This document shows positions 33,480 to 64,000 of a DNA stretch of 64,000 nucleotides, piece by piece. Source of the stretch: the human T2T-CHM13v2.0 reference genome, Homo sapiens. The translations under genes and the position numbers were made by a program. Numbering within the stretch: position 1 is the first letter of the stretch; every line of letters starts with the position of its first letter. The stretch lies in assembly GCF_009914755.1 (NCBI RefSeq), contig NC_060930.1. The stretch is one strand, 5' to 3'. The notes below the pieces were generated by a model, which saw nothing but the letters and a program-made list of their open reading frames with translations, did no database searches and had not been told where the DNA came from.

Positions 33480-33945
33480 TGCTGTCCAATATAGCAGCCA
33501 CTAGCCACATGTGCTTATCAAGCATTTGCACTGTGTCCCATGCAACAAGGAACTGGATTTTAATTTTAATAAATTTAATATAAATTTTTAAACTGATACT
33601 TATTTCAATTCTTGAAAAAAACTTTTGTCTTAGCTACTTGATATGAGAATCTGTTTTCAACTGTAAGTTGTATGAAATCTAAATACAGATCAAGTATGTC
33701 CAATGAACATTAGCATCCAAATGGAGATGTGCAGAAAGTGTAAAATACACACCAGATTTCGAAAGCTTAGTATGAAAAAGAGAATGTAAAATGTCTCACT
33801 AATATATTTTTATATGTTGAAATATTTGGCAAATGTTGGATTAAATAAACTTTTATTAACATTTTCACCTGCTTCTTTTTATGTTTTTAAAAGTTGCTAC
33901 TAGAACATTTAAAGTGACCTATGTTGTTCATGTTATAGTTCTCTT
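33480..33945. mobile_element. hAT-Charlie (MER33/Charlie1-like) fragment
   Basis: ctgtccaatatagcagccactagccacatgtg start; gtgtaaaatacacaccagatttcgaa. Confidence 0.6.
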
Positions 33946-34693
33946 AGTGTAGAGGTAGACTGTTATAGAGCCAGTGAAACTTGACTTATAAATAGCTATG
34001 TAACCGTATTTTCTGAATAATCACCTAGCTATCCAGAGTGAGTAAACACTCACTTACTTAAATATTTAATTTCCTGGAGAAAATGTGGATTGGTGGGCTT
34101 TGAAAAGTTGGTAAAAACTTTGTGTTTTAAGAATAAAATTAAACAGTTTAAACGAGAACCTGAAATAATACTTAGGGCTTAACAGTGTTTGTAAAAAATT
34201 GTTATCTTTGCTCTAGTCAGGCCTGATTTAACATTAGTTTGGTTGATACATATAAGATATATATCATTTTGGAAGTTTTGTGAATTACATATAATAAAAT
34301 ATAGCTTAGCAAATATGCAACCAAAATGTTTTTATCTTCTCTCAAACCTGAAGAATTCTCTATTACTCTAACCTCCAAATAACTTATTTGATTTAGGGAG
34401 AAATCAAGGATGTCTAAAACAAAACAATTGATGGAAAGGCTCTATTAATTTTAGAGTAGATTACCCCCTACTCCCCATCAGCATTGTTAATTTAGATATA
34501 CTAGTGCCCACCTTCTTTTCTCAAAAATCCCCTACCAGCTTACATGAAAGTGGTAAAAGAATTCAATAAGCTTAGCTTGAAAACCTAACCCAAACATAAT
34601 TTAATCTTTTGATGATGATTTAAAAATCATACAATTACAGACACATGCTGGCTACAAAGTCTCTGAGGCTCAAAGTTTTAAGATTAGATGAAG

Positions 34694-34850
34694 ATTAGCT
34701 GGGTGTGGTGGTACATCCCTGTAGTCCCAGCTACTAGGGAGGCTAAGGTGGGAGGGTTGCTTGAGCCCAGGAATTCGAGGTTACAGTGAGCAATGATTGT
34801 GCCACTACACTCTGGCCTGGGTGATACAGTGAGACCCTGTCTCTAAAAAA
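34694..34850 (+). mobile_element. Alu right monomer in the ZBTB24 3'UTR
   Basis: Right-arm consensus. Confidence 0.9.
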
Positions 34851-35701
34851 GGAAAGATTAGGAGAAGATATTCACTTTGTGGGATTTAACTAGTCTGCAA
34901 TAAAAATGAATTATAAGCTTCCATCTCCAGAAAGTTATCAGACACAACACGTAGATCAACATTTTCAGGAGATCAGTTAGAATTCAGTAGAGTATATATA
35001 AGACTTAAATTACACTGAATAAAGTTTTATGTTCCAGAATAGTGAAGAAAGCTTTACCTTCATGAAAATCAAATCTCTTTTCTGACAAAAATTCAGAATT
35101 TAGGGTGAATGTCTTGATCCAATTTTGTATTTTAAACTTAATTAAAATTTTGATAGCCTTCTGTTGAAAAATATGTAAATTTATGTTTCTCAGAAAAGAC
35201 GAATTCAGAATTTTAAGAAATCCTATGCTTTTGGCTATCTTGTTACATGAATTTTGAGTTAAAATACTGAGTTTATGAGTTTGAATCTTTCTGAAGTGTT
35301 AACACAATAAGCCCACTGTACTGCATAAAGATAAAACGTTGAGGGTTACTTTGTCTTAGGGGACTGGAAATTATTAAAAGGGCAAATTCCCCATACATTG
35401 TGATCTGTCATATTTAGCCCTGACTTGTCTTGTGGTAACAACTGTGTTGCCTAAGAAAAATAAGAAAATAGAACAAACCATTCTGCCCAGTTCAACCAAA
35501 ATGACTCCCTTTGTCCTAGAAAACAAAAAAACATAACTGGGGAGGTTGGCAAGACCATAACCTATGGCTGTGAACATTTAAACCTTACAGAAAAACTGAG
35601 ATCAATGCCCCCAAAGAAAAACTACCCGAGTCTTTATGAGACATTGCAGATTAAAATGAAAACCATTCAATAATATTGAAATGCTCAATACAAATCAGTA
35701 C

Positions 35702-35715
35702 CTTAGACAAGACAT
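35702..35715 (-). CDS. MICAL1: Alternative upstream coding start for MICAL1 (MSCLS...) inside the ZBTB24 3'UTR
   Basis: ATG TCT TGT CTA AG|GTACTG. 14 nt + 43 nt of exon 2 = 19 codons in frame with the main ATG (MSCLSHSSLPSCCPPQEAS-MASP). Agrees with an N-extended MICAL1 isoform I recall. Confidence 0.7.
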
Positions 35716-35888
35716 ACACACATCTTGCTACCTGGATGGAGGGCATTATAAACATCAGTTAGCCATCACAGCTCTCACAGAAGCATCTGCAAGTCAATGG
35801 TGTGGAGAGCCTGATTTCAAGCGTTCAAAATCCAGTCAGAGCTGGCTTATAAGAAGAGCCCAATCAAGCAGTCAAACGTGTTTACAGG

Positions 35889-52080
<16,192 letters not shown>

Positions 52081-52234
52081 CTAAGGGTTAAATCTGAAAT
52101 AAGAAAACAAGGTTTAAAAAGGAGAAAGCACTGTCTAAAAGGTTAATGCCAGCCCACATGAACTTCCTATTCACTTCACATCATTAACTGAATTTTACCA
52201 TTACCATTTTTGTCTGTCTACAAACTTAGCTCTG

Positions 52235-52655
52235 GGCCCGGGCGCAGTGGCCTCACGCCTGTAATCCCAGCACTTTGGGAGGCCGAGGCCGACGGATCAC
52301 TTGAGACCAGCCTGGGCAACATGGAGAGAATTCATCTATACAAAAAATACAAAAATTAGCCTGGCGTGGTGGCGCCCGCCTGTGGTCCCAGCTACTCAGG
52401 AGGCTGCGGCAGGAGCATCACCTGAGCCTGGGAGTTCGAGGTTGCCGTGAGCCGTGATCGTGCCACTGCACTCCAGCCTGGGCGACAGAACGAGACCACC
52501 ACCTCAAAAAACAAAAACAAAACAACTTAGCTCGCGGTTTTTTTTTTTTGAGACGGAGTCTCGCTCTATCGCCCAGGCTGGAGTGCAGTGGCGCAATCTC
52601 GGCTCACTGCAACCTCCGCCTCCCAGGTTCAAGCAATTCTCTCCCTCAGCCTCCT
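52235..52655. mobile_element. Alu (+, 52235-52523) immediately followed by an inverted partial Alu (-, 52538-52655)
   Basis: Consensus matches; TSD aacttagctc around the first element. Confidence 0.93.
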
Positions 52656-53136
52656 GCCGCACATTAACTAGCTGAGTGACTCTCCAGTATTCATGGAACG
52701 GTTCAGGGTCTACCTTCTATAAAATGAAGGAATGGGATTAACCATCTCCAAAATCCTCCGCAAGCACGAACTTTCTATGGTTGCACAACTATTTCAGGGA
52801 GAACGAAGCTGCCTCCATCTCCCAGATTATTAGCCATTTCGTATGTGGGAACCAATGTGAAGAGTGAAGAAATGTGCACGTGCAAAGTGAATGTGAGGTA
52901 GCTGCAATAAAATACTAATAACTTAAGCTGCGTGGGGCCGCCAGACACACTAGGGGCGGCGCGGAGCCCCCCGCAGCCCCGGGTGGTCCCAGCAGGGAGA
53001 GGTGGCGCGGAAAGACCCCCACCTCCCCGCCCAGGCCCCGCGGGCCCGACTGGGGAGCACACGGCGGGGGAGGGGTCGGCGCGGCAGACCTACCGCTCAG
53101 GGGCGCCCGGTGGGGTCCGGGTCGCTGCCAACTCAC

Positions 53137-53260
53137 CCGGCGGCCTGGCGGGAGACCCACGCCGGGGCCCGCTGGCCCTCCGCTCCGCCCCGCCCGCCTC
53201 TGGGGCTTCTGCGCCGCACCGGTTTCTGCTCCTGCGCCGCCGCCGCAGCCACAGCCACAG
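53137..53260 (-). other. ZBTB24: ZBTB24 non-coding exon 1 (5' end approximate)
   Basis: Donor CGG|GTGAGT at 53137/53136 in a CpG island; exon-2 acceptor tttcag|A at 52093, 28 nt before the ATG. Confidence 0.75.
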
Positions 53261-53582
53261 CCAACCCGGAAGCGCGGCGCCAAGAGCCGCTTGCGCGCGG
53301 ACGCCGAACCACGTGGCCCGCAGAGGCGCCCCTGGAGGTGGGGGCCACGAGAGCGGCGGGGAGGGGAAGGGAGGTGAGGGGCGGGGCGGGGCGAGATGGC
53401 GGGGCGGGGCGGGGCGGGGCAAGGCGGGGCAAGGCAGGGCAAGGCGGGGCGCGAAGGCAGTTCAAGGGTTGGGGCGTGGCAGGGGAGGGGAGGGGCAAGG
53501 CGGGGCGAGAATGCAGGCCTGGGGTCGGGGGAGCCGCGGCGGGGCGGGGCAGGGCGGGGCGAGATGGCAGGCCCGGGGCTTT

Positions 53583-53611
53583 GGGGCCGGGGCCGGGGCC
53601 GGGGCCGGGGC
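53583..53611 (+). repeat. (GGGGCC)4.8 hexamer repeat within a G-rich tract
   Basis: Read directly. Confidence 0.95.
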
Positions 53612-55659
53612 AGGGCGGGGAGGGGCGCGGCTTCGGAGGAGGGACAGTGGCCGGGGCGGGGCGCGGCCAGGGGCGGGGCGGTGTCGGCGCCCGAGGTCCT
53701 GCGTGTGGCACTGCCGGGGAGCCCAGGCAGGAGCGACTTTTGCGGTGAATTGGGGGCAATGGACAGGAGAGGCGTTGTGACCCCTCCCTTTGGGAAGTTT
53801 TATATCGTATTAAACTGTTAGCTCAACGCCAATACCTTAATTTTATCTCTTCTCCGACACCGAATCTGGTGTTGTTCTTGAATGTATAAAGGCATGAAAT
53901 CCCCCTTACCGTCATCATCATTGTCATCATCATCACCATCGTCATTATCTAGTGCTAATATAATAACTATTACTTACCTCCTAAATGTTTTTCACATCTG
54001 CCTCCTTTTCCTCCCCACTCCTGATGCCTTAGTCTAAGGGAATGAAGAGAGCACTGCAGTCAGAGAAACCTGGGTTCTGAGAGATCTTGGGCAAATTACT
54101 TACCCTCACAACTTCTTTACCTTACCTGTAAAATGGAGATGTTAACACTAGTGCCACTTTGGTAGGGTTGCTATTGCATAAACAAAATTAAGTATGTAAT
54201 GGGCTTAGGAAATGCCTGGTTTAATTCGTCTGCTGTGATTAAAATGATCATTATTATTCAAACTTTCATCATCTTTGTTCAATAGACTGTTTCTAACTGG
54301 TCTCAGCTGCAGCGTTGTTCTCTTTAATTCGCAGAAGTACAGAGGATTTCTCCAAGTACATATGAGATCCAGAGACTAGAGTCACTCCTTGGCTTAGAAT
54401 CCATGTGGCTCCCACATGCCCTCTGGATAAAGTCCAGGCTTCTTAATGTGGTCTACAAGCCCCATCCAGATCTACTCCCCACCTGCTTCCATCCATTTAT
54501 TTCAGCATTTTCTCTCTCTTAGCCAATACCTAATTACTTATTTTTCTGCCCATTTCCAGATTCCCAACATGCCATCTATAGCCTCCCTGATCTTGAACCG
54601 GAGGTGTAATTAGCAACCTGGCTCTTACATTTTTACTAGATTTTATTAAAACTAGCTCAAGCCACACATGCTCCTTCTCTGAGGTTTCCCTTTCATATTG
54701 AATTGTCTCTAAGTCCTCTGGATTTGTGGGGGTACAAGTGGGATGGGGAGCGCTCCCTGACTTCTGCATACCAGCAGGAAGTTAGCTACCTCATTGTTTC
54801 TTGCTGCTACGAGGGTTGCAGTCAAATCACTGTCCCTCCAGAGGTCCTCAACGGCATAAGAAGACTCAGTGCCAAGGTAAGCCAGGTACTTCCATTTCCT
54901 CATTCAATCATTGCTCACTGGAGCATAATCCTGCGAGGAAAGACTGAGTCTGGAGGATCTTCCAGCATCAGCCACCCACAACACAGACTAGCCCTTTCTT
55001 CAAGGCAATTTTGTTTTGGATCCATACTGACTTTTTCAAAACTTTTGTTCTTGTTAAGGCCAGCCGGTCTACCCCTAACAGGTCTTCTTAAATTTAAATC
55101 TTGCAGAACAGGATTTGGGGTGTCATACATTCATCTAACAGATATTTATCGAGTGTCTACTAAGAGCCAGACATTGGCGTCAGGTGTTGGGGATACAGCA
55201 ACTAACAAGGCCTTTGCTCTCATGAAGCTTACATTCTACTAAGGGGAGACAGGACAAATATACAAGTAAACTAATGAATAATAGTTTCAGAAAGTGTTAA
55301 ATTTTATAAAGAATGATGATGGAGACTGACAGGGAAGTGAAATCAGGATAGGGTGACATTTGAGCTGAGATCTGAATGACATGGAGACAGCTGTGGGAAG
55401 ATCTGGAATAAAAATGTTCTAGGCAAGGGAAAAGCAAGCATAAAGGCTCAGACTGGGAAGGAGCATCTGATGAACGGCAAGGACTGTGTGGCTGGAGCAC
55501 AGTGAGTGAGGGGCAGCAGATGGAGTGGAGAGTTGCCAGATTTCACAAATAAAGACACAGGACACCCATTTAAAAAAATAAATGCTGCCTCAGCCTCCCA
55601 TGCTGGGATTACAGGCATGAGCCACCTATACCCAGCCAACAAAGAATTTTTTTTCATAT

Positions 55660-56402
55660 AAATTTAGTGTAGCTTAGAGCGTACAATGTTTATAACGTCT
55701 ACAGTAGTGTATAGCCATGTCTTAGGCCTTCACATTCACTCACCACTCACTCACTGACTCACCCAGAGCAACTCCTATTCCTGTAAGCTCCATTCATGGT
55801 AAGTGCCCTACACAGGTGTACTTTTTTTTTCTTTTATACTGTTTTGTTTTGAGACAAAATCCCACCCTGTTGCCTAGGCTGGAGTGCAGTGACATGATCT
55901 CAGCTCACTGTGACTTCTACCTCCTGGTCTCAGGTGATCCTCCCCACTTAGCCTTCTGAGTAGTTGGGACTGCAGACATATGCTACCACACTCCACTATT
56001 TTTTTTTTTCCGTATTTTTTGTAGTGATGAGGTTTTGCCATGTGGCCCAGGCTGGTCTTGAACTCCTGGGCTCAAGTGCTCTGCCCACCTAGGCCTTCCA
56101 AAGTGCTAGGATAACAGGCATGAGCCATCAGTATACTGTATTTTAAGTGTCTTTCTTATGTTTTGATATGTTTAGATACAGAAATACCACTGTGCTACAG
56201 CTGCTTACAGTATTCAGTACAATAACATTCTGTACAGGTTGGTAGCACAGGAGCAATAGGTTGTACCATAGAGCCTAGGTGTGTAGTAGACTATACCATC
56301 TAGGTTTGTGTAAGTTCACTCTGTGATGTTTGCACAGTGACGAAGTCACCTAGTGATGCATTTCTCAGAACATATCCCTGTCATTAAGCAATGCATGACT
56401 GT
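55660..56402. mobile_element. Tigger3/MER7-like element interrupted by an antisense Alu (about 55840-56130)
   Basis: ccttcacattcactcaccactcact...; terminal gtcattaagcaatgcatgactg-TA. Confidence 0.8.
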
Positions 56403-56965
56403 ACCTATAAAAGAAAACCAGTTAAAATGACAGCTGGTTTCTCAACAGCAATAGTAGAAGCCAGAGGTTAGTGGCATGATACTTTCAAAATTCACCTAAA
56501 ATCTTTTTTATAGACTACAATTATCATGGAAAAGGACAAAATCAAGACAATTTTGGTCAAACAAAAAATAAAAGTATTAACCTCCAACAAACCCATACCA
56601 TAGGAAGGAAAATAACACCAAGAGGAAAGTCTGAGGTATAAGAGGGAGTTGTAAGCCAAAAAAAAAAAAAAAAAGAGAAAAAAGTAAGTATGAAGGAAAT
56701 CTAAACAAACATTGATTATGCAAAATAATGTCTAATTCGGAGAGTAAACAAATAGAGTAGATCTAAAATATTGAATGAAAATACCATTTAAGATGGGAAG
56801 CTGGTTATCAGTATTCCAGTGTTTTAAGGGTACAGCTATTGATTACCTTGAGGCTTTACATATACATGGTGAAAGAGTAAGGGACAGCCACTTAATTGGT
56901 ACAAATAGAGTGCATACTTCAAACACTGTAGAGGAGATAATGGCATTTCAAAGTTATTGGTCAAT

Positions 56966-57273
56966 GCCAGGTCGGGTGCAGTGGCTCATGCCTGTAATCC
57001 CAGCACTTTGGGAGGCCAAGGTGGGCGGATCACTTGAGGCCAGGAGTTCAAGACCAGCATGGCCAACATGGCAAAACCCCGTCTCTACTAAAAATACAAA
57101 AATTAGCCGGGCGTGGTGGCACAGCTACTTAGGAAGATGAGGCACGAGAATCTCTTGAACCCGGGAGGCGGAGGTTGCAGTCAGTTGAGATCATGCCACT
57201 GCACTCCAGGCTGGGCGACAGAGCAAGGCTCTGTCTCCAAAAATAAAAAATAAAAAAAAATAATAAAAAAAAA
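56966..57273 (+). mobile_element. Alu
   Basis: Consensus match. Confidence 0.93.
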
Positions 57274-58749
57274 GAGAGAGAGAAAGAGAAGGATGGAGAG
57301 AATGTTAAAGGCAAGAAGAGCCAGATCATGTAAAGTCTTTTATGCCAAGAAAAAGGAGTTTCGATTTTAACTGAAATAGGAGGCCACTGGAAGATTATTC
57401 AAAAGGACTGTTGAATCTGACTTATGTATTTAAAAATTACTCCAGCTGCTAGATGAAGAGTAGATCCTGGAGGGACATGAGTGGAGGCATGGATATGAGG
57501 GTGACAGCAGTGTAAAATGTAAGAAGAGCCCATATTCAAGGTAGATTTGGGGGATAGGTCTTTCTGAGAGGACTTGCTGAGAATAGATGTGCGGAGTGAC
57601 GGAAACAATGCAATCAAGATTGACTCCTGGGTTTGGGGCTAAATCAACAGAGTGTACGGTGTTACCATTAACTGATCTGGAAGAAGAGAAGTTGGGTTGG
57701 ATAACAAGTATGGGGTGGACATATTAAATTTGAAATGTTAACTAGATAACCAAGTACAGTAGGCAGTCATAGGTAACAATCTGGAGTTCAGAGCTGAGAA
57801 CAGAATTGAGATATTAATAATGGAGTTATCAGAGCATAGATTATAAATTGTTGTAAGTAAGATCAGTTACAGAGTGAATATTGATAAAAGGCGATCCAGA
57901 TTTTTTCTCTTTCCTCTCCAAATGTAGTCTCCATTCTTCTCTCCTTTTTTTTTTTTTTTTTTTGGCCCTGGGAGGCTACAGGGACTCAAGGACTTCATCA
58001 TCAAAGTCCTGTGCCGGCTAGCTTCCAGTTGTATTGAGTCAATGGAGAATCTGGCAGATTGGAGGAAGGAGAAGGTCATGATCATCTGGCAATTAAAGGT
58101 TAGTGGAAGTCCTTTGTCATGATGAAGGGCATCAAAAATATGTGTGTAGCCTGGGATGGTTGGTTGATAACTGTGGCTGGAAGGAACTATAGTCCAAGGC
58201 TTATTATGACTTAAAGGGATTTGGGGAGAACAGAAGGACAATTGTCAATGTTCAGTGCCAATAGTGCATCTTTAGAGGGATTTTATAGCACTAATCCAGT
58301 AGTGCTCCAATTTCCAGATCCCATGTGTCCTGTACTACACAAGGGCAGGGCATGTATCTGCTTATATTTTAATCTCCTACTGTACACAGACTGGTAGAAT
58401 TCTTGTAAATATACACATGCTTGCATATGCTAAGCAGTCTTCAACATGCGTCTCACAGGTTTGGTGAATACGTGTGCTCACAAATTAATTCTTGGAATGT
58501 TTTTCACCCCCTGGTTATAATCTCAAATTTGACTTATTTTTTTAAAATTTTACCTGCTTTGATTTTAAAAAGTCCATTTAATTCAGGTGTCACTCCCTCT
58601 GATAATTCTTCCCAGAACCACCCATAGTTAAGGGCTCTCAGGCTTTGTAGCTTGATATTCTTTAACCCGGATCTTCATTTGTAAAAGTAAGAACAAACCA
58701 AAAAAAAAAAAAAAAGAAAAAACGAAAAAAAAAAATCACCCACAACTAG

Positions 58750-59981
<1,232 letters not shown>

Positions 59982-62911
59982 ATTAGAAAGCAATGATGAA
60001 CATGTTTTATGTTAATACCTAAAAAATGGAATATATGTACTTCAAAAGGTTGATGTCTATATTACATAAAGAACTCATGCAGAACAACTTTTAAACGCTG
60101 CATAAGTTAGAGGGCAAAGGATGTGATAATAATTCACAAAAGAGAAAATGCAACTGGTGACCAACATATGCAATAATATACAATCTCACTATTAGTTCAG
60201 ATTAAAGCAAAAAGGTTCTGCTTTTCACCCATTAAAGAAAAAAAAATGTGAAGATACTGCCAAGTGATTGTAAAGAAGTATTGAAATTGGTGTTCTTGGG
60301 TGCTCCTGGAAGCAGTATAAATTGCTGTAATTATTTTGGAAAGTTGCTTGGTAATATGAATTGTGAATATCCATTTAAGAATAGTCATGCCCTTTAACCC
60401 AGCAATTTTATTTCTCAGAATTTATATCAGGCTAATAATCCTAAATATAAGAGGGAAAGATTCAACACAGTATTTTATTTATTTTTAAAATTTTTGTAGA
60501 GACATGCCCAGGCTGGTCTCAAACTCCTGAGCTCAAGTGATGCTCCCACCTTGGCCTCCCAAAGTGCTGGCATTACAAGCATGAGCCACTGTGCCCAACC
60601 TCAACGTAGTATTTTAAAATTTAGTACAACAGTACACAGTCCAGCAATAGGAATGGTCAAATATAGCGTATCTATTCAGTGTGGATCTGAGTGTAACCGT
60701 TAAAAAAAAAAAAAAAAAAAAAAAGGAAAGGAAGTACTCCAAAATCCTTTTCCTACTTTTCCACATTTCATTTACTGTTTGACTTAGGATCTGTCAAATG
60801 GAGACTGCTTCTCCTTCTTGGGTGAAGTTATTGTTGCTGTGAAAATGACATCTAGACAAGCCATGGAGAGGCATAGGCTGGTTGGAGTTTCCCTTGCCCT
60901 TAAAGCTGCACTGCCTCAGCCTCTTCCTGAAGCAGTCAGGATTGGGGCAGCAGCTGGAGGATGGGGGTGGGCAAAAAGGAGTCTCTCTCAGCCTCAGTGA
61001 GCACCGTGGCCTGGCCACCCACTCTGTTATTGTTTCACATAGGGAAGGTTTAAGGGTCCCTGGACACCCATTCAGAATATTCTTTCATCATATTTGGGAC
61101 GCTAGTTAATGGATTATTTGTAATAATATGCAAGCATAATTTCTAAACAAAAGCAGAATTTCAATAAGAAGCTTTAAAGGATACATGTTCTTATTGCAGA
61201 AATGTTGTTCTCCCTTGTTAGGGACACAGACCCCTTGACATGGAAAACACAGCTTGCTCCCCTGAGAAGGAAAGCAAACATGATAGGTGGGTGTGAGTGC
61301 ACGTATGTAATGGGCCTGGAGGGGAGTGGTTCTCAGGCTCCAACAAGACGACTTTCCCAAGGGTCTCCCGTATTTTTTTTGTACTCTAAAGTACACTCAC
61401 ACATACACACAGACACACACGGACACTACTGACACTACTTAAGAACACTGACACTGTGATGGTGGTTTGCAAGATGTGCTTACAGTGCAGGAAGTGGTAG
61501 GGGTAAGAGCAAGGCTCTGTAGTAAGGCAGATCAGGGTCTGAATCTGGATAGTACTTATGTGATCTTGGGTAGGAAGCTCTTCTCATGTGTAATAATGAG
61601 ATGAGATAATGCATGAAAAGCCACTAGCACGCTCTCTCTGGCCACATAGAAAGCAGCTGGGAAATAGTAGCTGTGTCAGTAGTTATTCTAAATAAGGCTC
61701 CAAATGTAGCTAACTGTAGTTGCATGTGAATGGGAGGGACCTGGGGTGTCCAGCACTAGAAGCTACTCTAGGAAATTTGACTCCTTACTCCTTCCCCACT
61801 CCTCCTACCTGCTATACTCTGTTGTATATATTTACTCAGAGGAAGAAACTCTATGGAGAGAGAGGTGAAAAGGGAGAATCACATGGCTTTTGGTTGCTGA
61901 CTCAGCTCAGGGACTGAGCTTCTTCCTACTAAGAAGATAAAGGGCATTTGCCCTAGTTTTGTGCAGAATTCAGCAGCTCCAGAACAATGATGCATGAGAT
62001 GTTAGAGCTCAGAAGACAGCATCCTTGGGCTCATAAGAGTTCTCAGGGCGAAGCCATACTAGAGAACTTCATCCCCAGGAGATGTGCAGTGGGTGTGGAC
62101 TTTCTCTGGAGCACATGGGACACTCCCTGGAGACCCCAAGAAACACTCAGCGGTATTCTGCAGGGACTGCTGCCCTTCGTAAAGGCAGGGGCACTGAAGC
62201 AATGAAGTTTGGGTTTAACTGCTAAAGCAAACTCATCATACCCATAGGCTGAAGAGACCTGAGAACATTTATATCTTGTCAAGAATGAAAAAGCCAGTAG
62301 ATTTCAGTTGGTGATAGAAAGATGGTAAATTACAGGCATTAAGAAATGGGCAGGGAGCAAAAATGGGGCTTAAGTTGCCAGCAAAACTTGGTAGCTATTG
62401 GCAACTCCCAGCCTCCTGAAAAAGTAAAGGCTTTTGAGGTTTATCCTAACTTTGGCAATAGGCTTCCAGCTTTTGTTTAAAAATCATTTTATTATGAAAT
62501 ATATAATGCAAAAGATATATAAAAAGGCTTCTAGTTTTTAATTAACATTATTGAATTTATAGGGATCAAAGAGCTAAACCATTTATCGTGGAGATTAAGA
62601 AATGAAGGCTCAGAGAAATTTACCCAAGGTTACACAGTTAATGGTCATATTTTTTATTTTTTAAGAGTCAATCTTGCTGTTTCCTATTCCAGATCCTTTT
62701 ATATTGCTGCTGAAAATTGTTATTTTAAAAATCTCATTAAATTCAATTTAGTAAGTTTTCTTCTAGCATATACTGAGTCATATAATGACTCTAGATTTCA
62801 TCCTTCTTAAAATTCCAGGTAATTTCCAATTATAAAATAAGGTATAAAGCATGCTTCAATGAATACTTAAGAAAAAGAAAAGAGGCAGCCAGTAAGTTGT
62901 TGCAAAATCCA

Positions 62912-62922
62912 TTTATTTTATT
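62912..62922 (-). terminator. AK9 polyA signals (two overlapping AATAAA)
   Basis: tttattttatt on + strand about 490 nt after the stop; further hexamers at 63105-63110 and 63155-63160. Confidence 0.65.
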
Positions 62923-63406
62923 GGGAAAATGATAGTATCTTATGTTCACAAAGTTCACAAACAGTTTTGTATGTAAAATGTATAACCCATATTTTGGTTT
63001 CATTTATAACAATGTTAAATGTCTTAAAGCTTTCTAACATTTAATGAGTAATTTTAACAGAGACTGACTTTTCTACTGAAAATGTTAAAAAGGAAAATAA
63101 TACATTTATTAAATAAGTCACTTAACTTTTCTATATGGAATTATAAATAGAATGTTTATTTTGTTAAAGCATCAAAGTTCAGGCAAAGAGCAATACATTT
63201 TAAAATTGTATTAAAACTTGTTTCCATAAGAGTGCTCCTTCCTGGCTGGCAGACCTTTGAGTTCACCTGAAGTCTGGCAGCCATGGTACCTTGCTCAGGA
63301 GGCAAAAGTACTTCCAAGAGGCCCAGATTTTCAATCTACTTCTCTCAGTTTCCCTCTATCACTTTCAGATAACTCTTGAGATTCAGGCTGCTATCACCTA
63401 AGTAAA

Positions 63407-63609
63407 CTACCCATTAATTGGGTCTATATTTCTGAGAGAGAGAAAGGTCTTTAACTTATGATCAAAGTCAATGGCTCTGAACTGAGGTTCCTTGTATTTT
63501 CTGGTCATCTTGGCACCCAAGTATGTTATGAGTTCACAACTCTCCATAAACTGCTCCATCTTCTTCTTATACTTTTTTCTTGTGTATTCGGAACCTTTGG
63601 GATTAAATG
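63407..63609 (-). CDS. AK9: AK9 (adenylate kinase 9) terminal coding exon; rest of gene lies beyond the right edge
   Basis: Acceptor ttttctacag|CA at 63609; FNPKGSEYTRKKYKKKMEQFMESCELITYLG...LRNIDPING* with TAG at 63407-63409. Identified from the recalled C-terminus and synteny. Confidence 0.85.
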
Positions 63610-64000
63610 CTGTAGAAAATTTCACAGAACTGTGAATAATTTCTGCTAGTTAGTGAGTCATTAAATGAAAGAGACCTGGATGTGTGGTTGAGTTAGTTAC
63701 ACAGTTATGGTTGAGAAGATATCCAAATCCCAAATAAAATCTGGAGATTATTCTGTTTTAGGTCATAATTGCCTCTATTCACCCTTCTTTATGGCATGGA
63801 TTATTGACAGCTGACTGTATTACTTAGTCCCTACTTTGAAAATAGAATTTTAACTTTGACATTTTATTTAAAATATTTGCCCTGTATTGTATTTGCTACT
63901 AACACTCTCTCTTTCTCTCTCACCAAGCAGGCAACACAGTTTAACAATCCTATTCATCACTTATACTACCATTAATGTTAAATTTGTTCTGAGTAGTAAA

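Larger units (their letters stand above)
52930..53750. promoter_or_regulatory. ZBTB24 CpG-island promoter
   Basis: ETS CCGGAAG at 53266-53272, E-box CACGTG at 53310-53315, dense GGGGCGGGGC GC boxes at 53380-53680. Confidence 0.85.

Noticed and set aside
52915-53821. ORFs of 175-282 aa at the ZBTB24 promoter, and similarly 25613-26529 at MICAL1
   Set aside because: By-products of G-rich/CpG-island composition with no recognisable domains.
57945-58740. Unique segment between a T-run and an A-run, considered as a processed pseudogene
   Set aside because: No recognisable protein similarity in the frames I read and no TSD found; a BLAST search would be needed.

Overview
Primate (human-like) genomic DNA, Alu-rich with three CpG islands, recognisable as the PPIL6 - SMPD2 - MICAL1 - ZBTB24 - AK9 cluster (human 6q21). 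I rebuilt the spliced CDSs by hand from splice sites. SMPD2 (+) has 10 exons and 423 aa. MICAL1 (-) has 24 coding exons and 1067 aa. ZBTB24 (-) has 6 coding exons and 697 aa, plus a 333-aa intron-read-through form. The window also holds PPIL6 exons 1-3 (-) and the last AK9 exon (-). The most unusual signal is in MICAL1 intron 19: an inverted, about 80%-identical copy of MICAL1's own exon 18 plus its splice donor (15922-16026 vs 16695-16805), bracketed by a duplicated splice acceptor. It can fold the pre-mRNA into a long hairpin. That predicts in-frame co-skipping of exons 18+19, a truncating alternative acceptor, and possible ADAR recoding sites, all of which are inference. Other points of note: a donor in the ZBTB24 3'UTR that splices in frame into MICAL1, a SMPD2 polyA signal overlapping its stop codon, a GC-AG intron in PPIL6, and stop-free in-frame introns in SMPD2 and MICAL1. 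Repeat boundaries and subfamily names are by eye and approximate.
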